Shown here piece after piece: positions 1-11,208 of a DNA stretch of 64,000 bases. The stretch covers positions 1-64,000 of the forward strand of contig JBGPFC010000022.1 of the NCBI GenBank assembly GCA_041483195.1, given 5' to 3'. The translations under genes and the position numbers were made by a program. Each line of letters starts with the position of its first letter. The stretch's first letter is position 1. Origin of the DNA: Candidatus Eiseniibacteriota bacterium (GTDB taxonomy: Bacteria > Eisenbacteria > RBG-16-71-46). The notes beneath the pieces were generated by a model, which searched no databases, was not told the DNA's origin, and was given only the letters and a program-made list of their open reading frames with translations.

Positions 1-1168
1 CCCGGTCATCACCGTGGCGCTGGTGTTCCTGCTCTTCGACCGCTTAGTGGGCACCCACTTCTTCCTTCACAGCTCCGGCGCCGATCCGCTGCTCTGGCAA
101 CATCTGTTCTGGCTCTTCGGTCACCCCGAGGTCTACATCCTGATCCTGCCGGCGATGGGTATCGTCTCCGAGGTGCTGCCGGTGTTCTCGCGCAAGCCGC
201 TGTTCGGCTACCAGGTCATCGTGTACTCGGGAATCTTCATCGGATTCATGGGCTGGGGCGTGTGGAGTCACCACATGTTCTCGGTGGGGCTCGGGCCGCT
301 GGCCGACTCGTTCTTCGCGCTCACCACCATGCTGATCGCGATCCCGACCGGGGTGAAGATCTTCAACTGGATCGCGACCATCTGGGGCGGCCGCATCGAG
401 CTCAAGAGCGCGATGCTGTTCGCGCTCGGGTTCATCGGGCTGTTCACGATGGGGGGGCTCTCGGGGTTCATGCACGCCTCGCCGCCCGCCGACCTGCAAC
501 AGACCGACACCTACTTCGTCGTCGCCCACATCCACTACGTGCTGTTCGGGGGCGCGATCATGGGCGTGTTCGCCGGGATCTACTACTGGTTCCCGAAGAT
601 CACAGGGCGCCTCATGAACGAAGGGCTGGGCAAGGTCCATTTCTGGTCCATGCTGATCGCAATGAACATCACGTTCTTCCCGATGCACTTCGTGGGGCTG
701 CTCGGGATGCCGCGGCGGGTCTACACCTACGCTCCGAACATGGGCTTTGACGCCATGAACATGATGTCCACCGTCGGCGCGCTGCTGCTGGTGCCCTCGC
801 TGCTCACGTTCGTGTGGAACGCCATCTGGAGCCTGAAGCACGGGAAGCCATCGGGCGACGATCCGTGGGGCGGGGCGACGCTCGAGTGGGCGATCTCCTC
901 TCCGCCGCCTTCCTACAATTTCGGGAGCCTCCCCGAGGTCCACAGCCTCGATCCGCTCTGGCACAAGGACGGCCGGGTGGCCGCGCTCGCCTCGAACCAG
1001 GTGCGGGGCCACATTCACATGCCGCCCCCGTCGATCTGGCCGCTGGTCAGCGGGCTCGGCGTCACGCTGCTCATGTCCGGGATGATCTTCGGCTGGTACG
1101 TCGGCATCCCGGGACTCGTGCTGATGCTGGTCGGGCTCTATTCCTGGGCGTTCGAGCCGTGCGCGTGA
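1..1168 (+). CDS. ctaD: Cytochrome c oxidase subunit I (5' end outside window)
   Basis: WLFGHPEVY, WSHHMF and VVAHIHYV heme a/a3-CuB motifs; GMPRRVY. Confidence 0.97.
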   Translation, partial: PVITVALVFLLFDRLVGTHFFLHSSGADPLLWQHLFWLFGHPEVYILILPAMGIVSEVLPVFSRKPLFGYQVIVYSGIFIGFMGWGVWSHHMFSVGLGPLADSFFALTTMLIAIPTGVKIFNWIATIWGGRIELKSAMLFALGFIGLFTMGGLSGFMHASPPADLQQTDTYFVVAHIHYVLFGGAIMGVFAGIYYWFPKITGRLMNEGLGKVHFWSMLIAMNITFFPMHFVGLLGMPRRVYTYAPNMGFDAMNMMSTVGALLLVPSLLTFVWNAIWSLKHGKPSGDDPWGGATLEWAISSPPPSYNFGSLPEVHSLDPLWHKDGRVAALASNQVRGHIHMPPPSIWPLVSGLGVTLLMSGMIFGWYVGIPGLVLMLVGLYSWAFEPCA

Positions 1169-1201
1169 CGCGCCTCACGCACTTCAGAGGGGGACACTAA
1201 C

Positions 1202-1804
1202 GTGGCCGTTGCCGCCCACGCCGCAGCAGCGCCCGAGGCTCACCACACCAGCACCGGGCTGAGCAACCGGAAGATGGTGTTCTGGGCGTTCCTCGGCTCG
1301 GAGTGCATGTTCTTCGGCTCGCTGATCGCGACCTATCTGGTGTACCGCGGCCGCGACTCGGTGGGCCCGCACCCGCACGAGATCTTCAACATCGCGTTCA
1401 CGTCGGTGAGCGCGTTCGTGCTGCTGATGAGCAGCCTCACGATGGTGCTGGCGCTGGCGGCGGTCCAGCGCGGCAATCAGCCGGGCGCGCGAATCTGGCT
1501 GGCCGCGACCGCGCTGCTCGGCATGACCTTCGTCGCCGGGCAGTGCTACGAGTTCACCCAGTTCGTCTACGAGGGCCTCAAGCTCCAGACCAACCTGTTC
1601 GGCTCGACCTTCTTCGTGCTGACTGGATTCCACGGCACGCACGTGACCGTGGGCGTCATCTGGCTCTGGTCGCTGTTCATGATGGCGGTGCGCGGCAAGC
1701 TGCCGAAGGAGCGGGCGCTCGACGTCGAAATCGCGGGACTGTACTGGCACTTCGTCGACGTGGTCTGGATCGCGATCTTCACGCTGGTCTACCTGATCCA
1801 GTAG
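1202..1804 (+). CDS. ctaE: Cytochrome c oxidase subunit III
   Basis: FLGSECMFF, LTGFHGTHV, YWHFVDVVW motifs; follows subunit I. Confidence 0.95.
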   Translation: MAVAAHAAAAPEAHHTSTGLSNRKMVFWAFLGSECMFFGSLIATYLVYRGRDSVGPHPHEIFNIAFTSVSAFVLLMSSLTMVLALAAVQRGNQPGARIWLAATALLGMTFVAGQCYEFTQFVYEGLKLQTNLFGSTFFVLTGFHGTHVTVGVIWLWSLFMMAVRGKLPKERALDVEIAGLYWHFVDVVWIAIFTLVYLIQ

Positions 1805-1815
1805 GGGAGGCGCAC

Positions 1816-2127
1816 ATGGCGGAACATACCGAAACCCACCCGCATGCGGCCGAGCATGCGCACCCCGGCGCGAAGGAATACCTCGCGATCGCGACCGTGC
1901 TCACCGTGATCACCGCGATCGAGGTGGCGGCGTTCTACATTCCGGCGTTCAAGCCGGTGCTGGTCCCCGTGCTGCTCACGCTCTCCGCGCTCAAGTTCGC
2001 GCTGGTCGCGATGTTCTACATGCACCTCAAGTTCGATCACCGGATCTTCTCGTGGCTGTTCGTGACGCCGATGGTGATCGCCGCGCTGGTGATCATCGCG
2101 CTGCTGAAGCTGTTCGGGCACTGGTAG
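1816..2127 (+). CDS. ctaF: Cytochrome c oxidase subunit IV (caa3-type)
   Basis: GGAGG RBS then ATG 1816 (MAEHTETH); KFALVAMFYMHLKFD motif; three TM segments. Confidence 0.88.
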   Translation: MAEHTETHPHAAEHAHPGAKEYLAIATVLTVITAIEVAAFYIPAFKPVLVPVLLTLSALKFALVAMFYMHLKFDHRIFSWLFVTPMVIAALVIIALLKLFGHW

Positions 2128-2173
2128 CGAACGCCTGCGCCTCAGGGACCGGCCCCCGGCAGGGCGGCCGGCG

Positions 2174-2213
2174 AAAAGGTCGAGCCCCGGCATCCTCGCG
2201 GATACCGGGGCCC
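2174..2213 (-). terminator. Probable intrinsic terminator downstream of tRNA-Met
   Basis: Minus strand GGGCCCCGGTATCC-GCGA-GGATGCCGGGGCTC hairpin followed by GACCTTTT. Confidence 0.6.
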
Positions 2214-2216
2214 TTG

Positions 2217-2293
<77 letters not shown>

Positions 2294-2306
2294 TCAACCG
2301 ACGCGG

Positions 2307-2335
2307 ACGTTAGGCCGGCCCCGCGTTCCTGTCAA
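2307..2335 (-). promoter_or_regulatory. Sigma70-type promoter for tRNA-Met
   Basis: TTGACA-N17-TAACGT. Confidence 0.7.
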
Positions 2336-2462
2336 GTCGTGCGGCCCGGGATGATCGCGCGTTCCTGGGGTTGCGCGATGCTGGCTCGACCGATACTCTG
2401 CGCCGTCTTGACCGGCAGGACGATGCTTGGATCGGGGGCGACATTTTCGCTGGGAGGCGGCG

Positions 2463-3230
2463 TTGACTCGTAGACAGCTCGCGGCCGCGGTGGCCATCGC
2501 TCTGCTGCTGGCGGTGGGAGCGGGCGCCCGTCAGGCCCGCGCGGCGGCGGAGACGCATCACCTGAATCTGGTCTTCTCGGCCATCCCGACTCAGATCACG
2601 GGCGGCGATTTCAACGACGAGATCGAATTTCGCAACCGCGCCTACATCGAGCCCCGCGGGCTCGAGGGCCTGGATCGCATCACCTACGCGTGGTTGTTCG
2701 AAACCGAGCTGCGCTATTTCATCCGCCAGAACGTCGCGCTCACGATGGGCGTCGGACAGCTGCGCAACGTGACCAAGCGGGAATACCTCCCCGCGCTGCA
2801 GGAAGACATCCAGCTGCGGGCCGAGATCTTCTCGGTGCCGATCCACATCGGCAGCGCCTACTACTTCCAGGCATACAACCAGGGCGACTTCCGCGCCCGC
2901 GCGTACGCCGGAGGCGGCTTCCTCACCCTCGCGCACAACCGCGCCAAGTTCCAGCGCTTCGAGAATGTCGGCGATCCCTCGCGGTCGCTCTCGAGCTGGC
3001 GGCAGGAGACCTACAAGGGTGACAGCCCGGGGTTCTATCTCGAGGCCGGCGTGCACATGTTCTTCGCGGTGCGCTACTCCGTCCTGCTGGGCGGACTCTA
3101 CCGCGACGCCAAGATCGCGCACATGGTGAATCGCGCGACCGAAGAACCCGTGATCACCGCGGATGGCCAGCCGTTCCGCCTCGACGCCAGCGGTTACGGC
3201 GTGCGGATGGCGGTCGCCTGGGGATTCTAG
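2463..3230 (+). CDS. Putative outer-membrane beta-barrel protein (start uncertain, ORF open from 2427)
   Basis: Signal-peptide-like N-terminus, alternating aromatic beta strands, C-terminal AVAWGF. Confidence 0.6.
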   Translation: MTRRQLAAAVAIALLLAVGAGARQARAAAETHHLNLVFSAIPTQITGGDFNDEIEFRNRAYIEPRGLEGLDRITYAWLFETELRYFIRQNVALTMGVGQLRNVTKREYLPALQEDIQLRAEIFSVPIHIGSAYYFQAYNQGDFRARAYAGGGFLTLAHNRAKFQRFENVGDPSRSLSSWRQETYKGDSPGFYLEAGVHMFFAVRYSVLLGGLYRDAKIAHMVNRATEEPVITADGQPFRLDASGYGVRMAVAWGF

Positions 3231-3254
3231 GCGGCGCCTCGCGCGCGGCGGCGT

Positions 3255-3683
3255 TCAGCGGGCGACGCTGTCGCCCCGCGCGCTCTGGATCCGGTAGACG
3301 ATCTCGCCGCGCCCGGCCATGCCGCCGTTCTCGCGCAGCCAGCGTTCGGCCCGCAGCCTGGCCGCCTGCGGGTCTAAGATCTCCGCATCGAGCCGCTGGA
3401 TCTCGCCGCGCGCTCGCTCGAGCTCTCGAGCCGACGCCGCGTTTTCGCGATCGAGGCGCCAGATCCGGTAGAGGCTGTGCTCGCTCAGGAATCCCGCCCA
3501 GGCCAGCCAGATCGCGGCGAGCAGCGCCGCCCAGCGCAGGCGCCGGCGCACGGGATCACGGGGCGACGCGTAGCGTGAGAGCCGATAGCGTTGAATGCGC
3601 ACGCCGATGTCGCGCATGACCTCCCTGTCCTTTCCCCCGCGTCGCGACGGGGTGCCGCCTGAGTCCGATCGCGCCCGGGCCAT
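3255..3683 (-). CDS. ftsB: Septum formation initiator FtsB/DivIC family protein
   Basis: Single TM, coiled coil, GMAGRGEIVY tail; directly downstream of eno as in the conserved eno-ftsB pair. Confidence 0.75.
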   Translation of the reverse strand: MARARSDSGGTPSRRGGKDREVMRDIGVRIQRYRLSRYASPRDPVRRRLRWAALLAAIWLAWAGFLSEHSLYRIWRLDRENAASARELERARGEIQRLDAEILDPQAARLRAERWLRENGGMAGRGEIVYRIQSARGDSVAR

Positions 3684-3722
3684 CGTGGCCCCGCGCGTCC
3701 CGCCGCGAGCGGCGGGCTTCGA

Positions 3723-5050
<1,328 letters not shown>

Positions 5051-5146
5051 GGCGGGGCAGGCGGCCTCGGGCGAGGCTCGGCGCTCGAGAGCGCGGGCGC
5101 CGCGCGGGCGGGACCCGGGCCGCGCAACCCTGCAATTTGCCCGGCC

Positions 5147-5211
5147 TTGACCGGTCCACGACCCCCGCCTATCGTGCGATCCCATGAAACTTTCGCTCCC
5201 GGCCGGCCGTA
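5147..5211 (+). promoter_or_regulatory. Tandem sigma70-type and ECF-type promoters for the ECF sigma operon
   Basis: TTGACC-N17-TATCGT (5147-5175) and TGAAAC-N17-CGTA (5185-5211). Confidence 0.6.
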
Positions 5212-5232
5212 GGCGGCCCTGAAGGTTGCGGT

Positions 5233-5805
5233 GTGGAAAACGGTGATGACACCGACATCCTTCGGCGGTGCCTCGCAGGCGACGAGAAGGCCTACCGGGA
5301 GCTGGTCCAGCGGTATCAGCGGCAGGTGTATTCGGTAGCCCTCCGGATGCTGCGGCGGGCGGAAGATGCGGAAGATGTCTCGCAGGAAACGTTCATCCGC
5401 GTGTTCAGATCGATCGACCGATACGATCCCACGCGACCCTTCGCAGCCTGGCTCTTCACCATCACCTCGCGGCTCTGCATCGATCACATTCGCCGGCGCC
5501 GGGTCCGTCCGATCTCGCTGTTCCAGCGCGACCCGGAGTCCAACGAGGAGCGCACCATCGAGATCGTCGATCCGGGGCTCAAGCCGGACGAGGAGACCTC
5601 GAGAATCGAGGAGGAGCGGAACGCGCAGGAGTTGATCGACTCGCTGCCGCCGCATTACCGGATCGTCGTGATGCTTCGCCACCAGCAGGACCTGTCCTAC
5701 GATGAGATCGCCGAGGCGCTGAAACTGCCGCTCGGCACGGTGAAGGCGCGGATCCACCGCGCGCGCGCGCTGCTCAAGCAGCGCCTGGAGGAGCGGACGC
5801 CGTGA
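5233..5805 (+). CDS. ECF RNA polymerase sigma factor (SigW-like)
   Basis: DAEDVSQETF region 2, FAAWLFTI, LSYDEIAEALKLPLGTVKARIHRAR region 4. Confidence 0.93.
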   Translation: MENGDDTDILRRCLAGDEKAYRELVQRYQRQVYSVALRMLRRAEDAEDVSQETFIRVFRSIDRYDPTRPFAAWLFTITSRLCIDHIRRRRVRPISLFQRDPESNEERTIEIVDPGLKPDEETSRIEEERNAQELIDSLPPHYRIVVMLRHQQDLSYDEIAEALKLPLGTVKARIHRARALLKQRLEERTP

Positions 5806-6425
5806 ATCGCTGCGCCGAATCCGAGCGCGTTCAGAGCTTCCTCGACGGCGATCTCGCCGGCCACGATCTGCGCGCGTTTCTCGAGCACGCGGGCGGGTGC
5901 GCGCTCTGCGCCAGCGAGCTCGCGCTCTACCGCCGGGTCGTGCGCTCCCTCGAAACGCTTCCCCTGATCGATCCGGGCCCGGCGTTCACCGCGCGCGTGC
6001 TCGACCGCGTGCTCCCGTCGCGGGTGCGCAGGCGGTGGCTGCGCACGCTGGGGCTCGGCTATGCGAGCGGCATCTCCGTCACGCTGGCCGGCGCGCTCGT
6101 GCTCGCGACCCAGCCCGCCGCCCGCACCCTGCTCGTGACGCTCGCCGGCGAGACCCCGCGCCGCATCGCGCAGGCCTTGATCTTCCTGCTCAACGCGCTG
6201 AGTTTCTCGGTGCTCAGCATCGCGGAAGGCGGGCGCCTGCTCGAGGGCGTCGGCCAGCGCCTCGCACCATTGGCGCGCGCGATCAGCGCGCTGCTCTCGC
6301 ATACCTCGATCGGCGTTCCGCTGAGCGTCGCGGTGGCGGCCTGCGTCGTCCTGCTGTGGTGGATGCGCCCGCGCGAGCACACTTCACGGAAGGAGATCGG
6401 CCATGTCGGCGTGCTCGGCTTCTGA
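5802..6425 (+). CDS. Zinc-finger (ZAS) anti-sigma factor
   Basis: HAGGCALC (HxxxCxxC) plus TM helices; overlaps sigma stop codon. Confidence 0.85.
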   Translation: MNRCAESERVQSFLDGDLAGHDLRAFLEHAGGCALCASELALYRRVVRSLETLPLIDPGPAFTARVLDRVLPSRVRRRWLRTLGLGYASGISVTLAGALVLATQPAARTLLVTLAGETPRRIAQALIFLLNALSFSVLSIAEGGRLLEGVGQRLAPLARAISALLSHTSIGVPLSVAVAACVVLLWWMRPREHTSRKEIGHVGVLGF

Positions 6426-6438
6426 TCGGCGGCGTCGC

Positions 6439-7629
6439 GTGAGGTCGCTCGCGATCGCAGGGGTCGTGCTCGCGGCGGGCGCCCTGATCGTGTCGGCCGG
6501 GACCGCGCCGGCGGCCGCTCGATCGCTCGCGCACCGCGACAGCGGCCGGGTCGTCGGCAAGATCGTGATCAACGACCAGGGGATCCAGATCGAGGGTCAG
6601 GATGCCGGCGACGGATCGGGCGGGGTCCACGTCGACATCAATCCCGACGTTCGGGTGCGCGCCGGGCGCCTCGCGCGCGGCCGGCGCGACAGCACCGACT
6701 CCGGGGCCAGCGTGCGGATCGGCCCCGGGATCGTGGTCGATGCCAACGAGAGCGGGCTGGTGCGCGTGTTCGCAGACGCGGAGGTGCCGGTCGGCGATCG
6801 CATCGAGGGTGACGTCGTCGCGGTGTTCGGCTCGGTGGACGTGAAGGGCCAGGTGGCCGGTAACGTCGTCGCGGTCGGAGGCTCGGTTCATCTCGATCCC
6901 GGCGCGGCGGTCGAGGGCGACGTCGTCGCGGTCGGCGGAGTGCTCGATCAGGCGAAGGGCTCGAGCGTCGGCGGCGAGAGCGTCTCGCTCGGATTCTTTC
7001 CGATCGCGTGGGGCGTGCCAACGCTCCCGGTGCTGTTGCTCGGGGTGCTCGCGGGACTGCTGCTCTCGCTCTTCATGGGGTGGTTGCTCCACCTGATCTT
7101 CCCGGAGCGCATGCTGCGCGTCGCGGTGACCGCCTCGCGGCGCACCGCGGTTTCGTTCCTGCTCGGCATCGTGTCGCTGCCGCTCATGCTGTTCACCGTC
7201 ATGCTGCTCTTCATCACCGTGATCGGGATTCCGATCGCGTTTCTGCTGCCGGTGTTCTATGCGCTCCTGGTGTGGGGCGGTCAGCTCGCGGCCACCACCG
7301 TGCTCGGAAGCAAGATCCTCCGCCAGCGCCTCGGTCAGGGCGGCGCCATGAAGCCGCTGTTCGCGGGCGCCCTGTTCGTCGCGATGTTCTTCGCAGTGGG
7401 CGCCGTGCTCGCCAGCCCGCCGGGATTCGTGCGCACCGTCGCGCTGTTCTTCGGCCTGCTCGGCGTGCTGCTGCTGGTCGCGCTCTCCACGATCGGCGCC
7501 GGCGCGTTCCTGCTCTCGCGGCTGGGCAGCTCGCCGGCCGACGTGCACCCCGAGCGGGGCTCGGACACGGCACCGCTGCCGGTCCCGGCGGCCGGCGCAG
7601 CGATGCCACCCGCGACTCCCGGAGCCTGA
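6439..7629 (+). CDS. Membrane protein with bactofilin-like (polymer-forming) repeats
   Basis: Signal peptide; GDVVAVFGSV/GNVVAVGGSV/GDVVAVGGVL repeats; multi-TM C-terminal half. Confidence 0.7.
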   Translation: MRSLAIAGVVLAAGALIVSAGTAPAAARSLAHRDSGRVVGKIVINDQGIQIEGQDAGDGSGGVHVDINPDVRVRAGRLARGRRDSTDSGASVRIGPGIVVDANESGLVRVFADAEVPVGDRIEGDVVAVFGSVDVKGQVAGNVVAVGGSVHLDPGAAVEGDVVAVGGVLDQAKGSSVGGESVSLGFFPIAWGVPTLPVLLLGVLAGLLLSLFMGWLLHLIFPERMLRVAVTASRRTAVSFLLGIVSLPLMLFTVMLLFITVIGIPIAFLLPVFYALLVWGGQLAATTVLGSKILRQRLGQGGAMKPLFAGALFVAMFFAVGAVLASPPGFVRTVALFFGLLGVLLLVALSTIGAGAFLLSRLGSSPADVHPERGSDTAPLPVPAAGAAMPPATPGA

Positions 7630-7676
7630 TCGCGGCGCCCGCTCCCGCGGGCACCACCACCACGCGGGCGGGTCGG

Positions 7677-7723
7677 TGGGGTCGCTTTCCCACTAAGCTC
7701 CCAAGCCTGGGGCGCTTTCCCCA
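7677..7723 (+). promoter_or_regulatory. Two 16-bp dyads, candidate enhancer sites
   Basis: TGGGGTCGCTTTCCCA (7677-7692) and TGGGGCGCTTTCCCCA (7708-7723), 31 bp apart. Confidence 0.55.
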
Positions 7724-7862
7724 GAGCCATGGTCCCGGGCGCCGATTCCGGGGCTCGCACGCTCCCCCGCCGCGCTCCGAGTTCGACTCGATTCGGTTGT
7801 GGCGCATGGCGTTGCCCGGCTGAATCGCGAAGTGCACGGAGGCCCTTTCGCGGCGCGCGGGA

Positions 7863-7877
7863 TGGCACATTCGTGGC
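7863..7877 (+). promoter_or_regulatory. Putative sigma54 promoter
   Basis: TGGCACATTCGTGGC, GG-N10-GC. Confidence 0.5.
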
Positions 7878-7891
7878 GTTGATGATCAGGC

Positions 7892-8905
7892 ATGACCCCG
7901 CTCGCGACCATCCGCCGCATGCTGATCGGACTGCTCGGCGCGCTCGCGTCATGCGGGCTGCTGGCCGCGGCGAGCCGAGCGAACGAGCTCTCTGGCACGA
8001 CCTCTGTGCGTGGATTCGTGATCCACGACGCGCAGGAGACACTGCGCTCGTTCTGCAGCGTGGGAGCGGACGGCAGGTCGTGGCTCGTGCTCCCGGGCGG
8101 CGTTCGCTACGAGCTCGTGACCTCGACCGACGACCCGGCGATCGCGAACCCCGGAGACGGCGCGTTTCATCCGTTCGACGCCGGCGAGGTTCGCGCATCC
8201 CTCGACGCCGCCCGCTTTCCGCTGGCCGCCGTGAGCGCCGAGATCTTCATCCTGCCGTATCCGCGGCGGCTCGGACTCGAGTCCGCGGCGGGCCACGGCC
8301 TGATCCTGCTCTCACCCGGCGTGCGTCCGCTGTCCGCGGAGCATCAGCACGCGGAGTTGCTCCACGAGCTCGGCCACGTCGTTCAGTATGCGCTGATGCC
8401 GGACGGAGACGTGCAGCGCTGGAACGCCTACCGCAGCCTCCGTGGCATCGGCGACCCCGCCGTGTACGGCGCGAGCAGCGCCCACGCCGACCGGCCCCAC
8501 GAGATCTTCGCCGAGGATTTTCGCATGCTGTTCGGGGACCCGCTCGCGACCTACTCGGGCTCGATCGAGAACGCGAACCTCGCGCTTCCGGCCGGGGTGG
8601 CCGGCCTCGAGCCCTTCATGCTCGACCTCGCGCAGTCCGCGCTCCCGAAGCCCGGCCTCGCGGCGTATCCGAATCCCGCGCGCGGCGGCGTCCTGTTCTC
8701 GCGGGCGGGCGGCGCGCCGGTGCCGCTCGATCTGTTCGACGCGGCGGGCCGGCGCATCGCGACGCTCGAGCCGAATGGCGCGGGCAGCGTCGTGAGCTGG
8801 AGCTGGGATCGCAGTGCCGCGGGTGGGGGGCGCGTGGCGCCCGGAGTGGTGTTCGCGAGGCTCCGTGGCGGCGCCGCCACCCTGCGCGTCGCGCTACTGC
8901 CCTGA
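7892..8905 (+). CDS. Secreted zinc metallopeptidase-like protein with FlgD/T9SS-like C-terminal domain
   Basis: Signal peptide; LLHELGH and HEIFAEDF motifs; C-terminal YPNP...LFDAAGRRI...WDR. Confidence 0.7.
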   Translation: MTPLATIRRMLIGLLGALASCGLLAAASRANELSGTTSVRGFVIHDAQETLRSFCSVGADGRSWLVLPGGVRYELVTSTDDPAIANPGDGAFHPFDAGEVRASLDAARFPLAAVSAEIFILPYPRRLGLESAAGHGLILLSPGVRPLSAEHQHAELLHELGHVVQYALMPDGDVQRWNAYRSLRGIGDPAVYGASSAHADRPHEIFAEDFRMLFGDPLATYSGSIENANLALPAGVAGLEPFMLDLAQSALPKPGLAAYPNPARGGVLFSRAGGAPVPLDLFDAAGRRIATLEPNGAGSVVSWSWDRSAAGGGRVAPGVVFARLRGGAATLRVALLP

Positions 8906-9607
8906 AGCCGGGGGCTCGGCCGGGAACAGCGTACGCAGTTCGAAGTCGGGCGAGATCGCGCGCGCCTTCAGATCGCCGAACCCGGCGAAATTGCGCACCG
9001 CGTCGAATACCGAACGCGGCAGTTCCGTGATGATCCCGAAGCCCGCCGCGCGTTTGCCTTGGACCTCGCCCGAGAGCCAGCCTTCGATCGCCTCGACGTC
9101 CTCCACCGAGAGCGGCTTCAGCGTCGCGACCACGACCAGGTAGTAACGCGCGCCGGGCTCCAGCTGTCCGACCCGGCCGACGCGCATCGCGATCGGCCGC
9201 GTGAGTGCGGCGGCGATGGAGTCGAGCGAGGCGGCGCCGAACTCCGGAGCCCCGCGACGTTCCAGCCGGTAGGCACGCGTCCACACATCGAAGCGGATCC
9301 GCAGATCGGCGTCGAAGCTGCTCTCCATGCGGTCGAACCAGGCGGTGCGGCGGCGCCACAGCTCGGCGTGGAGGCGGAGCGTGGCCGGCATTCCGCGCGT
9401 GAGGCTTTCGGCGACCCGCGGCTCGAACACGTCGCCGAGCTGGACGTCGGTCCACACCCAGCCGCCGTTCTCGCGGGTCGCGAGCACCGCGACGTCGAGC
9501 GCGCGCGCTTCATGGGCCGCGAGCATCGCCAGGGCGGCGATCCATACCCCCACGCGCGGCGTACCGGCGCGGCGTCCGCGCGGTCGGCCCTGCCTGGTGG
9601 GGAGCAC
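8894..9607 (-). CDS. DUF4390-like periplasmic protein
   Basis: Signal peptide; SLTRGMPATL and IRFDVWTRAYRL patterns; in an NtrY/NtrX-like operon. Confidence 0.65.
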   Translation of the reverse strand: MLPTRQGRPRGRRAGTPRVGVWIAALAMLAAHEARALDVAVLATRENGGWVWTDVQLGDVFEPRVAESLTRGMPATLRLHAELWRRRTAWFDRMESSFDADLRIRFDVWTRAYRLERRGAPEFGAASLDSIAAALTRPIAMRVGRVGQLEPGARYYLVVVATLKPLSVEDVEAIEGWLSGEVQGKRAAGFGIITELPRSVFDAVRNFAGFGDLKARAISPDFELRTLFPAEPPASGQ

Positions 9608-9622
9608 GTGGGAGCCCTGAAC

Positions 9623-11020
9623 TCAGAACGGCCGATTGAGTCGCACGCTGATCACGAAGTCCGAGGCGGGCTCGTGCAGGTTTCTGGCGAAATAGACGCG
9701 CAGCCTGTCCTCCGAGGTCCCGAGCCCGAAACCGCCGTCGGCCTGAAGCTGCTGGCGGCCCACGTCCCATTCATGGTCGTGGCCGAACCATGCGCGGCCT
9801 CCATCGACGAACACGATCGCGTTGAGGCCGCCCTCGAACGCGTGCGCGCGCAGTCGCCAGAGGCCCATCACGTACTCCGCCTGGCCGAGCAGCAGCTCGT
9901 CGCCACGGTAGCGCGCGAACGAGTGGGCGCGCAGGCCGTCGACTCCGCCCAGCGTGAACTGTTTCTGCCGCGGAAGATCGCCCTCCGGAGTGTGTCCGCC
10001 GACCACTCTCAGCGCCAGCGTCGTCGCGGGAGAGAGCCGCACCACGCTACGCAGGTCCGCGAGCGCTCGCGCGTAATCGAAGTCCCCTTTGAATCCGCCG
10101 CCCGCACGCTCGTACTCGATCCAGTGATACAACCCGGCGCGGGTCCGGCTGGTGCTGTGTGCCATGCGCTCGAGCCGCACGGTCAGCGTGTGCGCCTCGC
10201 CGGCCCTGACGCCCGGATTCGGGCGCAGCGCGCGATCGCGCATCAGCCACGATCGCGTGTCGGGGTCCGTGACCAGCGAGTCGTAGCGGTCGTTGCGCAC
10301 GTGGACGCTCACCGTCGAGAAGTCCGGCACGCGCCACGAGAGGTAGGCCCCGAACCCCTCGCGTTCGAAGTAGTCCCGATAATCCTGCCGCCCCAGCAGC
10401 AGCGCGAGGCTGTTCTCGACGTCATCGACCTGGTTGAGATCGCCGTGGTCGGTGCGGCGCGCCATCGAAACGCCCAACGCCAGCCGCCCGGGAGGCAGGA
10501 GCGGTTGCTCGAGCTGGACTCCGTAGAGCACGCGCTGCCGGCCGAACGCGTATTCGATGAGCGTGCCGAGCCGCGGCATCATCGTCGCGGGCTGTTGCAG
10601 CTGGTGAGCGATGCCCAGCCGGAATCGATCTACGCGGTTGTAGTCGACGAGCATCGCGCTGCGCTCCACGTTGTCCCCGGCTGCGCGCCACTGGTCCGGG
10701 TCGGTGAGCAGGTGATCGCCGAATGGCGCCCGGAGCCAGACTCCATCCGAGGCGTGGACCCAGATCCCGTGGTCGCCCTGGGTTTCCGCGCCGAGTGATT
10801 CCTCGGGGGCGGGCGCGAACTGGAAGATCTGGAGCGTGGTGTCCGGGGCGATCGACGAATCGCCGGGCGTCGCGGCGATCGGGGCGACGATCGTGCCGGG
10901 CGGGCCGGACACGAACAGCGAGCCCCGGCGGGGAACCGGGGCGCCGGATGCGGTGGTCGAAATGGCCGCGAGCGTCGCGGCGAGCGCGAGCGTCGCGGCG
11001 ATCGAGAGTCGGGTGATCAC
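9623..11020 (-). CDS. BamA/TamA (Omp85-like) outer-membrane protein
   Basis: AGGAGG RBS then GTG 11020; YNRVD, FTLGGVDGLRAH, FVDGGRAW motifs; ends RLNRPF. Confidence 0.72.
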   Translation of the reverse strand: MITRLSIAATLALAATLAAISTTASGAPVPRRGSLFVSGPPGTIVAPIAATPGDSSIAPDTTLQIFQFAPAPEESLGAETQGDHGIWVHASDGVWLRAPFGDHLLTDPDQWRAAGDNVERSAMLVDYNRVDRFRLGIAHQLQQPATMMPRLGTLIEYAFGRQRVLYGVQLEQPLLPPGRLALGVSMARRTDHGDLNQVDDVENSLALLLGRQDYRDYFEREGFGAYLSWRVPDFSTVSVHVRNDRYDSLVTDPDTRSWLMRDRALRPNPGVRAGEAHTLTVRLERMAHSTSRTRAGLYHWIEYERAGGGFKGDFDYARALADLRSVVRLSPATTLALRVVGGHTPEGDLPRQKQFTLGGVDGLRAHSFARYRGDELLLGQAEYVMGLWRLRAHAFEGGLNAIVFVDGGRAWFGHDHEWDVGRQQLQADGGFGLGTSEDRLRVYFARNLHEPASDFVISVRLNRPF

Positions 11021-11208
11021 GGTGCCTCCTCGTGAGACGATCGGGGAGAGGGTGGACACATCACCGCGTTGCAAACTCCGTGCGCGGCCCGGTTCGTACC
11101 GCGGCATTCCGAACCCCGGCTCCGGCGCGGGCGCTGACGCGCGCGGGCCCGCGCCGGCCCGCGCCGGCTGTGGCGAACCCGCCACGACCTGTCGCGCGAT
11201 GCGCGGGT

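Noticed and set aside
11070..11085. Minus-strand GCGCACGGAGTTTGCA upstream of the Omp85-like gene
   Set aside because: Good -12 half but the conserved GG is CG; too weak to call
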